DNA from: Blastocatellia bacterium
Lineage (GTDB): Bacteria > Acidobacteriota > Blastocatellia > UBA7656
Reading direction: 5' to 3'
Length of the DNA: 64,000 nt
Assembly: GCA_963765495.1 (NCBI GenBank)
Contig: CAVXWP010000004.1
Location: 192,001 to 256,000, forward strand
In this document: positions 10,225 to 19,248 of the stretch, piece by piece
Layout of the letters: each line of letters opens with the position of its first letter
Numbering within the stretch: position 1 is the first letter of the stretch
The notes under the pieces: model-generated
The model's database searches: none
What the model saw: the letters and a program-made list of their open reading frames with translations, nothing else
Told to the model about the DNA's origin: nothing
Position numbers and translations under genes: made by a program

Positions 10225-10618
10225 GCAGAAACTATCTCCGTGAGGCGGCGGCTTCTACAATAGATATTTCTCGCCGCTGTGGATGCTGAATTTCACTTCG
10301 TTTGACACATCACCCCTCAGGTGGTAAGGTACCTGAGAACCGAGCGTTGCTCACTCTCTTCTTCAGCTTCTCTGGAATCATCCAGTTCATCTGAACCCGG
10401 CAGCTAGTAAAGCAAGGATAAAAGAGGCCACACTGCTCTCCAGCAAGCAACGGAGATGTGTTCGGATCAGATTTCCCCGGACCGTCAATCGCTCGCAGAG
10501 CAGACAACCATTTACCCGTTTGAAGCCTTTCCCGAAAGCCTTCGGGATGCCGACCGTCTCCGCCCGCAACCGTTCTCGCGAACCGATTGGCCTGCTTCCA
10601 ACATTTCCCGAAAGGATA

Positions 10619-10918
10619 ATGACTATGACTTCCAAATTATTTATTGGAAACCTCTCCGTAGACACAAACAGCGAGGAACTCCGCACTCTCTTCAGCGAAG
10701 TAGGCGTGGTGGAGTCTTGCCAGGTGATAACTGACCGAGATTCAGGGCGCTCAAAGGGCTTCGGTTTCATCGAGATGAATTCGGTAGAAGCAGCCGGCGC
10801 AGCTAAAGAAAAATTCAACGGACAGGAGCTACACGGAAAATCGCTCACGGTTAACGATGCCAAGCCCAAGGCTCAGTACGCTAACCCGGCGGGCTATAGC
10901 GGGCCACGGCAGTCTTAG
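10619..10918 (+). CDS. RRM (RNP-1) RNA-binding protein
   Basis: RNP2 KLFIGNL, RNP1 KGFGFIEM; AAAGGA RBS. Confidence 0.95.
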   Translation: MTMTSKLFIGNLSVDTNSEELRTLFSEVGVVESCQVITDRDSGRSKGFGFIEMNSVEAAGAAKEKFNGQELHGKSLTVNDAKPKAQYANPAGYSGPRQS

Positions 10919-11111
10919 CTAATCCAGGAATGATCCGGTCTGAAACAGCCAGCGGGTTTGTATTCTTAACCGTTTGTCGCTTAAGGATCGATGATCATTT
11001 CGATTTTTTCTTTAACCTGTTGGAGCAAAGAAAAAAGCGAGACTTGCTTTTTTCTTTGCTCCTCCGGGCTTAACAGGATTAATAAACCGGCAGCATTCGA
11101 TAGGAGTAATA

Positions 11112-11387
11112 ATGTCTATTCAAGATATCGCGTGGAAAATCAGGGGGTTCTCATCCACTTCGGTCACTCGCGCAACTCGGGCAGCGGCTTATTTCGGAAT
11201 CATTGCGGCGGTGACGGGACCGTTCTTATTATTGACCGTAGGCGGACACGACGCGAACAACCTTCCGTGGTACATCTGGGCAATCACTCTCTCATTACTG
11301 CTGCTGGTCGCGGCTCTGGGCTTTTTGGCGTTCAAACGTGAGTCTCATGACGCGGAAGATATTTCAATCAGCCCGAGGCATCGGTAA
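11112..11387 (+). CDS. Small membrane hypothetical protein (2 TM)
   Basis: AGGAG RBS, two hydrophobic segments. Confidence 0.6.
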   Translation: MSIQDIAWKIRGFSSTSVTRATRAAAYFGIIAAVTGPFLLLTVGGHDANNLPWYIWAITLSLLLLVAALGFLAFKRESHDAEDISISPRHR

Positions 11388-11427
11388 GGTACGAATGTAG
11401 TTGGCTTCTGTTTAGAAGGGAGTAATC

Positions 11428-11787
11428 ATGCAAAAGCAATTTGAAACCGAGCGATTCGATTTCGTAAGTGCCGACAAAGTTCGTGTCGCCGATTATAGAT
11501 TCGGCCGCAACAGGCACGGCGAGCGTGACGTGTGGATTGAGACCAGCGGCAAGGGCGAAAGGTTTCTGAGCCGGATCATTGTACAGGGTGAAACCTATCA
11601 GGTGCGCTACGACGTCTATACGAACAGGTGCTACATCCTGCGCGAGAAGGCGACGGGCCGGTACTGGTTTTTAGATTCGAATGATTGCGGCTTCTGGCTG
11701 CAAAACGAGACCTTTGCCGGTGCAGAGACTTTCTCAGGTGATGAAGCCGCCAAAATCCAGAAATGGGTGACGGTTACTACCAATTGA
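11428..11787 (+). CDS. Hypothetical protein
   Basis: GGGAG RBS, 119-aa ORF with plausible composition. Confidence 0.6.
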   Translation: MQKQFETERFDFVSADKVRVADYRFGRNRHGERDVWIETSGKGERFLSRIIVQGETYQVRYDVYTNRCYILREKATGRYWFLDSNDCGFWLQNETFAGAETFSGDEAAKIQKWVTVTTN

Positions 11788-11866
11788 TCAGGGACGGGAT
11801 GCTTTAATCGGCGCTTTCACGGCAGACCTGAAGGCTCGATCATATTAAACTTTCATTTTTCAGCTT

Positions 11867-11882
11867 GGTCCAATATTGAACA
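11867..11882. promoter_or_regulatory. Putative Crp-family operator (copy 1)
   Basis: GGTCCAATATTGAACA, near match to TGTNC-N6-GNACA. Confidence 0.5.
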
Positions 11883-12045
11883 GACTTCTCGGAAGGTTGG
11901 AGTGTAAGATGATGACAGTTTCAAATCCGCCACCACCCACTTGAACTGGTGTCGAGAAGCATAGTAGAAAAGAGCCTGTAACAGCATCCCCCCTGGATGC
12001 TGTTACAAGCAGGCCCGATTTGAAAAGAAGCTAGTTATTGACCTC

Positions 12046-12093
12046 ACTCCGAGGAGTAAGCTTGGGTTGAATTACTCCTCGGAGTATTTTTTT
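12046..12093 (+). terminator. Rho-independent terminator
   Basis: ACTCCGAGGAGTAA / TTACTCCTCGGAGT 14-bp stem followed by a T7 run. Confidence 0.8.
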
Positions 12094-12206
12094 GATAGAC
12101 ATCTTTTAAGATGCGATGATCTTTGTAGGAGCAGCTTCGTCTATGAATTTGACCTCGCCCCTCAGTCACCCTGACTCATATCCACACAGTTGCCGCTTTT
12201 ACAAAC

Positions 12207-12620
12207 TTAAACCTGCAACTCTAAGGGGCGGGGGGGGATAAGCACTCCCACGGTTTGTTCGATGCTCTCTATGCCTGTAGGTTTGATCAGGTAATCTTGC
12301 GCGCCGGCAGCCATTCCTGCTTTGATGTCGCTCTCGTATGCCAGGCTTGAATAAAAAACGATAGGGGTTATCGGGTCAAATGCGCGGATACTGCGGCAGA
12401 GGTCTACGCCCGAGCCGTCGAGGTATTTATCCGCCAGTATCAGCAAGTCAAACCGCTCACCCCTGGCCCTGCGGAGACCCTCGGCTACGGTGCATGCCGT
12501 GGCTACCTTGTAGCCGGAATAACCTAGAAATGTGGCGAGCATTTCACGGCTGTCTTTATTACCCTCAACATAGAAAATCCGTCCCGCTTTTTCTGCCCCT
12601 TTAAGTTTTGCTGCCGTCAT
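12207..12620 (-). CDS. Stand-alone receiver-domain response regulator (atypical)
   Basis: RIFYVEG, FDLLILAD, TPIVFYS, AGAQDYLIKP; start uncertain (12620 or 12659). Confidence 0.75.
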   Translation of the reverse strand: MTAAKLKGAEKAGRIFYVEGNKDSREMLATFLGYSGYKVATACTVAEGLRRARGERFDLLILADKYLDGSGVDLCRSIRAFDPITPIVFYSSLAYESDIKAGMAAGAQDYLIKPTGIESIEQTVGVLIPPRPLELQV

Positions 12621-12818
12621 CTCAAACATCCTCAAGCTGGCCTTGTCTTTAAGCTGCATTTTCAGGCTTTGTTCTTGATTCCCAGGGTAGTCAGGTCGAA
12701 AGCTAATTACCAAGCGATGTACGGAATCGCCGTAGATGAATTTCATTATGCCAAAAGGCCGATCCCGTACATCAATTGGTATCTTTGCTCTACAATAGAG
12801 CAAGTACCGATCCGGCGC

Positions 12819-12834
12819 TGTTCAATTATGCACA
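12819..12834. promoter_or_regulatory. Putative Crp-family operator (copy 2)
   Basis: TGTTCAATTATGCACA upstream of the receiver gene. Confidence 0.6.
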
Positions 12835-12874
12835 ACTATAGAAATAAATCTTCGAGGGGTAGGAGGGGCGGATT

Positions 12875-13132
12875 TCACCAGGCCCGGCGGCGGACAAACA
12901 ACACGTGATAAAGCGCCAGCAAGACTAACGCCCCAAGGATAGAGACGATCCATCCCGCAGGCTCGCCGGGTCTGTAGAGCCCAAGAGCCCTACCAATGTA
13001 ACTGCCCACGAACATACCCGCGATGCCAAGCAGTATGGTAACAATGAAGCCGCCAGGGTCGCGGCCGGGCATCAAGAGTTTGGCAATCACTCCAATAATC
13101 AGACCTGATATTACCAGTGCGATTATACTCAT
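12875..13132 (-). CDS. GlsB/YeaQ/YmgE (transglycosylase-associated) membrane protein
   Basis: GLIIGVIAKLLMPGRDPGGFIVTILLGIAG signature; GGAG RBS. Confidence 0.9.
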   Translation of the reverse strand: MSIIALVISGLIIGVIAKLLMPGRDPGGFIVTILLGIAGMFVGSYIGRALGLYRPGEPAGWIVSILGALVLLALYHVLFVRRRAW

Positions 13133-13202
13133 GAGACTCCTAACGAAATAAGTGAATTGTATACGACAGTATGGCATGCTATTACAGACGAGCAGAGAAG
13201 TC

Positions 13203-13218
13203 TGTTCAATATTGAACT
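13203..13218. promoter_or_regulatory. Putative Crp-family operator (copy 3)
   Basis: TGTTCAATATTGAACT upstream of the GlsB/YeaQ gene. Confidence 0.6.
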
Positions 13219-13265
13219 ATACTGAGAGAAATTTGCGGGCGGACAGCCTGAACATGGCTATATCT

Positions 13266-13931
13266 TTAAGCGATTGATGCGAGGTAAGCAATGAGCTTCT
13301 TTTCCTTAATTATCAGGTGATGCTCTTCGCTGATCTCAATGAGGCCGAGGTTTCGAAATCTCTGCATAAAGACGCTGACACGTGGCCGGGTTGTACCGAT
13401 CATCGAGGACAATTCTTCGTGTGTGATCCTCAGTTCGATCCGAATGCTGCGAGGGTCTTTCTTGCCCAGTTTCCTCGCCAGTTGCAACAGTGTCTTCCCC
13501 AGACGTTGCTCGCTATCAACCGTCACGAGATTTGCGATGACTTCCTGCTGGTCTGCGACGCGCACCGCCATGTACCTGATGAAGCCTTCAAGCAGCGAGT
13601 CTTTGGATAAACGCGCAAGGAATCTGCTTCAATACCGTGTCTTCCATCGCGGTCGCTGTTTCCTGTCGTCCCCCAATCCGGCCAGACACAGTTCACCGAA
13701 AATATCTCCCGAATCGTGGATAGCAAGCATGCATTCTTTACCGTCGGTCGAGAGCATGACCAGTTTGATCTTCCCGGTTTCGATGAAATAGACCATCTCG
13801 ATTTGATCACCGATCAAGTAGGCATTGCCGTGTTTGGCTATCTCGATGGAGGTGGAGTTTCTAGTCTCGTTTTGTAACGACTCGCGCATATGTCGTTTGA
13901 ACAGGTCTGTCTGTGGGTTAGATTGAATCAT
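13266..13931 (-). pseudogene. Crp/Fnr-family transcriptional regulator, frameshifted
   Basis: cNMP domain (VYFIETGKIKL..GDIFGE) and HTH (ITHEELSSMIGTTRPRVS) separated by TGA at 13629-13631; the linker RQETATAMEDTVLKQIPCA lies in another frame. Confidence 0.85.
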
Positions 13932-14020
13932 AAGGCGCTTCTTTGTCGGAGAAGCCTCAGAAAATGAATACTGACGACACTCCTCCCAATCATAGTATAC
14001 ACCGATTATCGAAGCGGTTT

Positions 14021-14036
14021 TGTTCAATTGTGCACA
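14021..14036. promoter_or_regulatory. Putative Crp-family operator (copy 4)
   Basis: TGTTCAATTGTGCACA in the divergent promoter region. Confidence 0.6.
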
Positions 14037-14091
14037 ATTAGAATCAAATTTACTAAAGCCCTGAACGTCACCTGCCAACCATTCTCGGTCC

Positions 14092-14107
14092 TGTACAATA
14101 TGGGACA
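14092..14107. promoter_or_regulatory. Putative Crp-family operator (copy 5)
   Basis: TGTACAATATGGGACA. Confidence 0.5.
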
Positions 14108-14215
14108 GAAATCTATCTCGAAACAGGCGCATTATTAAATGGAGGCCCGTGTCGTATTACAAGCATCCGGCACGGTAGTGGCGAGGAAAATTTATAGGCT
14201 TTGAGGGCAAATAAA

Positions 14216-14524
14216 ATGGATCAATATACTATTATGAGGCGAGCCAACGGCGAGCTTTTTACTCTATCGCTGAAAGGGAAAGAACATCTCGCGGTCTGGC
14301 CAAGTATGCAAAGCGCAATTCGATACAAGGCTCGCAACCCTGAGTTGCTCGTTTTCTTGCCCGCTCTCGTAGCAAGCCCTTTTGGCCGAAAGAGCCTCAC
14401 GCCTCTACAGGAAGAGGACACGGGATTGCTCTTGTTATCTGATGCAGGCGGCGCGAACTTCCGAAACAGTCGAAAGATTGGATGGGAAGAGATAGAAAGC
14501 AGCCTGAATACAGTAATGATTTGA
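14216..14524 (+). CDS. Hypothetical protein
   Basis: 102-aa ORF divergent from the crp gene, GAGG RBS-like sequence. Confidence 0.55.
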   Translation: MDQYTIMRRANGELFTLSLKGKEHLAVWPSMQSAIRYKARNPELLVFLPALVASPFGRKSLTPLQEEDTGLLLLSDAGGANFRNSRKIGWEEIESSLNTVMI

Positions 14525-14559
14525 TAGATGATCGAAACTTAATCAGAGGGGTGAAGAAG

Positions 14560-14793
14560 ATGAATAGATTGATGAAAACGCACAGACTGGAAGAATCTCA
14601 TGAAGCATATATGCAGAAAAGGGCAGAAGATAAATACACGGGCAAGGCTGGAAAGGACTTTCCGCTGAAAGAGTTTCGCAAGTGCGCCGATTATCTGGCA
14701 GGCATACTTGAGAAAGCCTCCTTCGACGAGGAAGATTTGGGGGATATGGTGAGAGTGGCGATTTCGAAGCGCGAGCAAGCTGTCGGAATCTGA
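14560..14793 (+). CDS. Small hypothetical protein
   Basis: ATG after GAGGGGTG; charged helical 77 aa. Confidence 0.45.
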   Translation: MNRLMKTHRLEESHEAYMQKRAEDKYTGKAGKDFPLKEFRKCADYLAGILEKASFDEEDLGDMVRVAISKREQAVGI

Positions 14794-15118
14794 CGAATCA
14801 GACAATTTCCTTTTGTCTTTACGACAAATATAGAGACGATGACAGTCCTCGCTGATAAGGCCGATGATGTGCCTCGCACATGGCGGGCAATGTTTATCAT
14901 CGCGACGGCGCGCGATTCGGGCAGAGCCTTAATCCCGGGCAATCATTGGCGTGCGGAGGTTTTATCCCTCGATTCTAGCTTTTCATACCACGATTCATCC
15001 ACTTTATCACTTATTCTTAACAGTCCGTTCAACCGATACGATACTCTCAGGCGTATTTGCAGAGTCGATTTTTTAGAGGCGTTAAATGCTCGTATGATTG
15101 ATTTAGCGATTTGAGAGT

Positions 15119-16159
15119 TTGAAAAAAGCCACCAAATTCAATGTCGTTGCGCTGACGATTATTTGCCTGATGATTCCATCATCCAGCCTGTGCTATCGCC
15201 AGACAGCAGAAGAGCAGTTGAAGATTGCGACCACGGAACTTGAAAAGCTTTTATCATCTCTGAACATGCCGGATGACGAAGCAAGGGAGCGCAAGGGTGA
15301 AATCCTCTATGCGAGAAACGCTCTTAATTCCGGCTACTTCTATCTCAGTCTTTATACTCTACAGCCCTGCTGGGTTGAATTGAAGACGCGACAATATATA
15401 AACACAAACAGCCATATCGAAGAGAAGGGCATAGAAGCTTTCGAAGCTGAATGGAAGCGGTTGGGGGCGGAGTTAGAGAAGAGAGAGAAATTGCTTCTCT
15501 CCGGCTCGCAGGATCGAGCCGCCGCAGCCGTAATGGCGCTTGAAGAAATTTCCCGCGTTCAAATTCATCCTTATCATCAGGCGGGTCGGCTTTATGGCTT
15601 GAACACCAATATTGCAAACGGCCTCTATTATCTGGGTCTGGCTCCGGCCAATCTCGACTTTGCCCTGTTCTGCCGAGGGATTCAAAAAAGCGAAACCGGC
15701 CCCGCGCTCAAACTGACTTCCCTGGAACCTGAAATTGCCCGAATAGAATCGGAGACGTTGAAGCTTTACAATCAACCCGATGCATCCAGCCGGCAACCAC
15801 AATACAACAGGGTAAACGCCACTTTGAAGATGGCTGCCGAACTCAATAAAGAGGGCCTTTACGAAGGCGCTCTACAAAAGCTTCTTGAAGCCAGGCTTTA
15901 TCTTTATCTGATCAACAAGCGCAACATTGAAAAAGAGAAAATCCAGGAACTGAGGGAGCGATCCGCAATACTAAAAAACAGATTATCTGCCAAAAGAGCC
16001 GATCACAGCATCGGCCTGTTGTTTTGGGAGATGGCGCAAAACGGGCTCGACCGGGCCGCATCAGATGAATCAAACACAGATGATCTCAAACGCGCCTCGG
16101 TGATCCTGGACAATGTGTTGCCTGAATACTTTGAGATCGTGATGGGGAAGAGACGATGA
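15119..16159 (+). CDS. Secreted all-helical hypothetical protein
   Basis: Signal peptide, 346 aa; its stop overlaps the next ATG (ATGA 16156-16159). Confidence 0.75.
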   Translation: MKKATKFNVVALTIICLMIPSSSLCYRQTAEEQLKIATTELEKLLSSLNMPDDEARERKGEILYARNALNSGYFYLSLYTLQPCWVELKTRQYINTNSHIEEKGIEAFEAEWKRLGAELEKREKLLLSGSQDRAAAAVMALEEISRVQIHPYHQAGRLYGLNTNIANGLYYLGLAPANLDFALFCRGIQKSETGPALKLTSLEPEIARIESETLKLYNQPDASSRQPQYNRVNATLKMAAELNKEGLYEGALQKLLEARLYLYLINKRNIEKEKIQELRERSAILKNRLSAKRADHSIGLLFWEMAQNGLDRAASDESNTDDLKRASVILDNVLPEYFEIVMGKRR

Positions 16160-17049
16160 AACACTTCAGAATTGCCACTCTAACCACCCTCTGGCTGTTG
16201 ACTTTTTTCAGCCCCCTTGCAGCCTTACAAAGAGGCCCGGCGAGAAAGACCCCGACAGGCGACAAGAAACTGACTGTTACGCTCGTTCGCTGGCCCTATA
16301 CTTGAAGCCTCTCCGATCCGGCAAGTTTGCTGATAAAGGAAGTTGTACAGGGCTACGGGGGGCGGGTCGAGTTTGTGAGCGAAAACTGGGGGGACTCCAA
16401 ACTGGCCGACAGGTATGGAGTCAAGAAATACCCGGCCGTCTTTGTTGACGACATACTTATCGCCGGTCCTAACGATTTCGGATGGTTTGGAGCAACGGGG
16501 AAATACACTCCCTGGCGGCAGCAGGCCAACCATGAAAAATTCAAGTCGGACCTTGCGGCGATGATAGAGCTTATTCTGAAAGGCAAGAAGGCCGACGCCG
16601 CCAGGGGCAGATCATCTACAGTAGAAGTCGCTGAAATATCTCAAATCCCCCTGCTTGAGACAAGCGATCTGGATGGACATAAAATTAATTCCGCGGGTCT
16701 TGCGGGGCAGGTTGTCATAGTCGAGTTATGGGCGACATGGTGCCCCCCGTGTAGAACTATATTGAGTTGGATGGGTGAGATTAAGTCCAGATACGGGGAA
16801 AAAGTTACGATTCTGGCCGTTGCTGTGGAATCTGAGGAAGCCGATGTGCGCAAGCTGACGGCCTCCATTCAACCATCCGTAAAGATAGTTATGGGGTCGG
16901 AAGCCCTAGTTTCATCCTTTGGAACACTGGGCAGCATCCCGCGAATATTCGTCTTTGATCGTGAGGGAAAGACAGCCGGTATTTTCTATGGAGCGCCCCC
17001 GGATTTACACGAAAGAGTAACTCGCGTGATTGATGCCATTGCAAAATGA
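16156..17049 (+). CDS. Putative exported selenoprotein: Trx-like UxxS domain fused to a TlpA-like (WATWCPPC) domain
   Basis: ATG 16156 gives a signal peptide and VTLVRWPYT, then TGA (16303-16305), then SLSDPASLL in frame with the 16327 ORF; cis-Pro motif YGVKKYP; SECIS-like hairpin follows. Confidence 0.75.
16306..16340 (+). promoter_or_regulatory. Candidate bacterial SECIS element
   Basis: ATC-CGGCA[AGTT]TGCTG-AT stem-loop; loop starts 18 nt after UGA, G in loop position 2. Confidence 0.55.
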
Positions 17050-17093
17050 GACAAATGAAGGTGATGCGCAATGCGTGATCCGTGAGAAAGAAT

Positions 17094-17160
17094 TTGACAG
17101 GATTTCGAGGATTTTTCAAAGCATCTTTCAAAAACCTTGTTAATCCAGTAAATCCTGTAA
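17094..17160. repeat. REP-like palindrome, ACAGGATT 9-mer family
   Basis: TTGACAGGATTT...TTAATCCAGTAAATCCTGTAA; relatives at 29299-29358 and 50290-50353. Confidence 0.75.
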
Positions 17161-17207
17161 AAAAATCGAATTTAGAAAGGCAAACATTTCTCGATCTTCT
17201 CACTCAA

Positions 17208-19034
17208 TCACTGAAGCGTTATTCGAAAAGGCGGTCTCTGTATCTCGTTTACGCAGGAAGAATCCAGGTCTTTTGCAGAACCCTTCCGAATAAATTCGGC
17301 CCGCAACCTGTCAAGACATTCCGAGTCGAATGAATGCCCGGTGTTATGAACTATGACGTGCAGGCTGTTCGGCAGATACTTTGCGGCCTCAGCGCCAAGC
17401 TCAGGCGGCGTAACCGGGTCTAACGCGCCCGAGATTATAAGCACCGGAGCGTTCGATTTAACTGGCTGATTGAACCCGTCCGGCAACTTGCTTTGAGGCC
17501 ATTGGCGACAGGCGGTAACATATGCCCGCACGTTGCTCGCTCCGTAATACGTATCGGCAGACTCGCGTTTAATATCATCTTCCGTGATTGACCGAACAAA
17601 TTCGGGGCAAACGACGCTCATTTGTAATCCTCTCGCAATGAAATCATCAAGGGTCTTGAATACCTGAAACGAGATTGAGGCGAATGACGAAAAATTTCCC
17701 TGTGACATTTGATGGATCAAGACGGGCAATAACCTCGCAATTTCGGGTGAGTAGAGCATCAATCGGATATGACTCATGAATACATCGCGCGACATCGTTA
17801 TCTGCTCCCTCTTGTGCGCATAGGGGTTGAACGCCTGGAACGTAATCGGCTCTTTGTCTAACTTCTCAAGGATGGAGTTAAACTCAAAGGCGAGATTGGG
17901 GAATGCTCTGTGGCAAGCGGAATCTTCGGCGCAGTCGTCAAAGAGTCGGGTCAGGGCATGCTGAACGCCTTTTGCAAAAGGCAATGGAATCTTACAGGTC
18001 GGCGGCGCTACGCCTTCGATCATGACGGAGCGGACTCTATCAGGGTGCTGTCTGAGAAAAACAAGCGAGGCCGTAGAGCCGTAAGAGCCGCCGAAAAGAT
18101 CGATCTTTTCGTACCCGAGCGCGGCGCGTACTTCATCAAAATCATCGACGGCATCCGGCGAAGTGTAGAGCGCAAGATCGGCTTTCTTTTCAAGCTGCTC
18201 GCGGCATTCACGCACTTTCTCGATTGTCAGCCCTTCTGTGAAATAGCCGCTCATAGTTTGCCTGTCTCCGAAAAACGAGCAGTCCAGAGGATTCGATTCG
18301 CCAGTGCCGCGCTGATCGATAAAGACCACATCTCGCTCTCTTCGGAATTTGGTCACAAAGTCACCGACGGTCTTGATCTTGCGAGTGGCGCTGCCTCCCG
18401 GGCCGCCTTCAAAATAAAAGACGGCATCCTTTGCGGGTTTGTCTGTGAGCGCGGGCAGAAGAATCACATTGAGCGCGATTTTGCGCCCTGATTTTGCGAC
18501 CCGATCTTCGAAGACCTCATATTTGCCGCACAGGGAGTCTTTTGTCAGGTCAGGCAGGTTGCAAGGCGAAAAAGCCACCCGTCCGCGTCGGTAAGACTTT
18601 ATGTCGGATTGCACCGGATTCGCATTTGAGACTTTGCGTTTGAATATAAGCGGTCGTGTGACTGCCTGCCGCCACTGTCCGGCAATCTCCGAACCATCGC
18701 GGCTGAGCGCCCCTTCAAAGATCGCGCCGATCCTCTCAATTTCAAAATGCACAAACCTGCCTTCGTATGTGATGGAATCAACCGGAAGCTCGATATTGTT
18801 TTGATCGACGCTTATGAGAGATGCACTCGTCTTACCATCCTTTGCTTTTGAGACCTTGAGAATGAGGCGTAGTTTGGTGCTCACGTAATCAATCGTCCCC
18901 TCCCATGTTTCCTGGCCTTCTTCCGGCGGCAAAGATTTGTCCTGCGGTCGAATTGAGTAAGCAGAGCAGGTTCCAGCCAGTAAGCAGAGCAGTGAAAGAA
19001 GAGTGACAAGATTAAGTAGACGGCTCTTTGACAT
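17208..19034 (-). CDS. Secreted alpha/beta hydrolase (TAP-like peptidase/esterase)
   Basis: GGPGGS, DQRGTG, GGSYG nucleophile elbow, DPVTP, NTGH. Confidence 0.9.
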   Translation of the reverse strand: MSKSRLLNLVTLLSLLCLLAGTCSAYSIRPQDKSLPPEEGQETWEGTIDYVSTKLRLILKVSKAKDGKTSASLISVDQNNIELPVDSITYEGRFVHFEIERIGAIFEGALSRDGSEIAGQWRQAVTRPLIFKRKVSNANPVQSDIKSYRRGRVAFSPCNLPDLTKDSLCGKYEVFEDRVAKSGRKIALNVILLPALTDKPAKDAVFYFEGGPGGSATRKIKTVGDFVTKFRRERDVVFIDQRGTGESNPLDCSFFGDRQTMSGYFTEGLTIEKVRECREQLEKKADLALYTSPDAVDDFDEVRAALGYEKIDLFGGSYGSTASLVFLRQHPDRVRSVMIEGVAPPTCKIPLPFAKGVQHALTRLFDDCAEDSACHRAFPNLAFEFNSILEKLDKEPITFQAFNPYAHKREQITMSRDVFMSHIRLMLYSPEIARLLPVLIHQMSQGNFSSFASISFQVFKTLDDFIARGLQMSVVCPEFVRSITEDDIKRESADTYYGASNVRAYVTACRQWPQSKLPDGFNQPVKSNAPVLIISGALDPVTPPELGAEAAKYLPNSLHVIVHNTGHSFDSECLDRLRAEFIRKGSAKDLDSSCVNEIQRPPFRITLQ

Positions 19035-19248
19035 TTCAATTCTCTCTATTCAATAGTCATCGTTTTTCAGATCCACAGGTTTAGGCCGAATTCACGGTAA
19101 TTCGAATGATTGCACCTGGCCTGCGCTGGGTCAACCGGAGCATCAGGCAAGATCCCTACACCACAAGGGAGCAAATTTTCTAAAAGATTTTCACTCCCGT
19201 CATATACACGCGGGTTCCGTCCCATTATACTGCGAAATTGGAGGCAAG

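Noticed and set aside
13629-13631. Sec read-through at the in-frame TGA of the crp gene
   Set aside because: The preceding ~13 codons are out of the conserved frame, so frameshifts explain it; no redox motif.
14839-15114. 91-aa ORF
   Set aside because: No RBS or recognisable features; likely promoter region of the downstream operon.
16327-17049. ORF-track start (TTG 16327) as the true start
   Set aside because: No clear RBS, truncates the Trx domain and loses the signal peptide; the coupled ATG 16156 is in frame.
17082-17333. ORF containing NLVNPVNPV (also 50287-50643)
   Set aside because: Translation of the ACAGGATT palindromic repeat and overlap with real genes.
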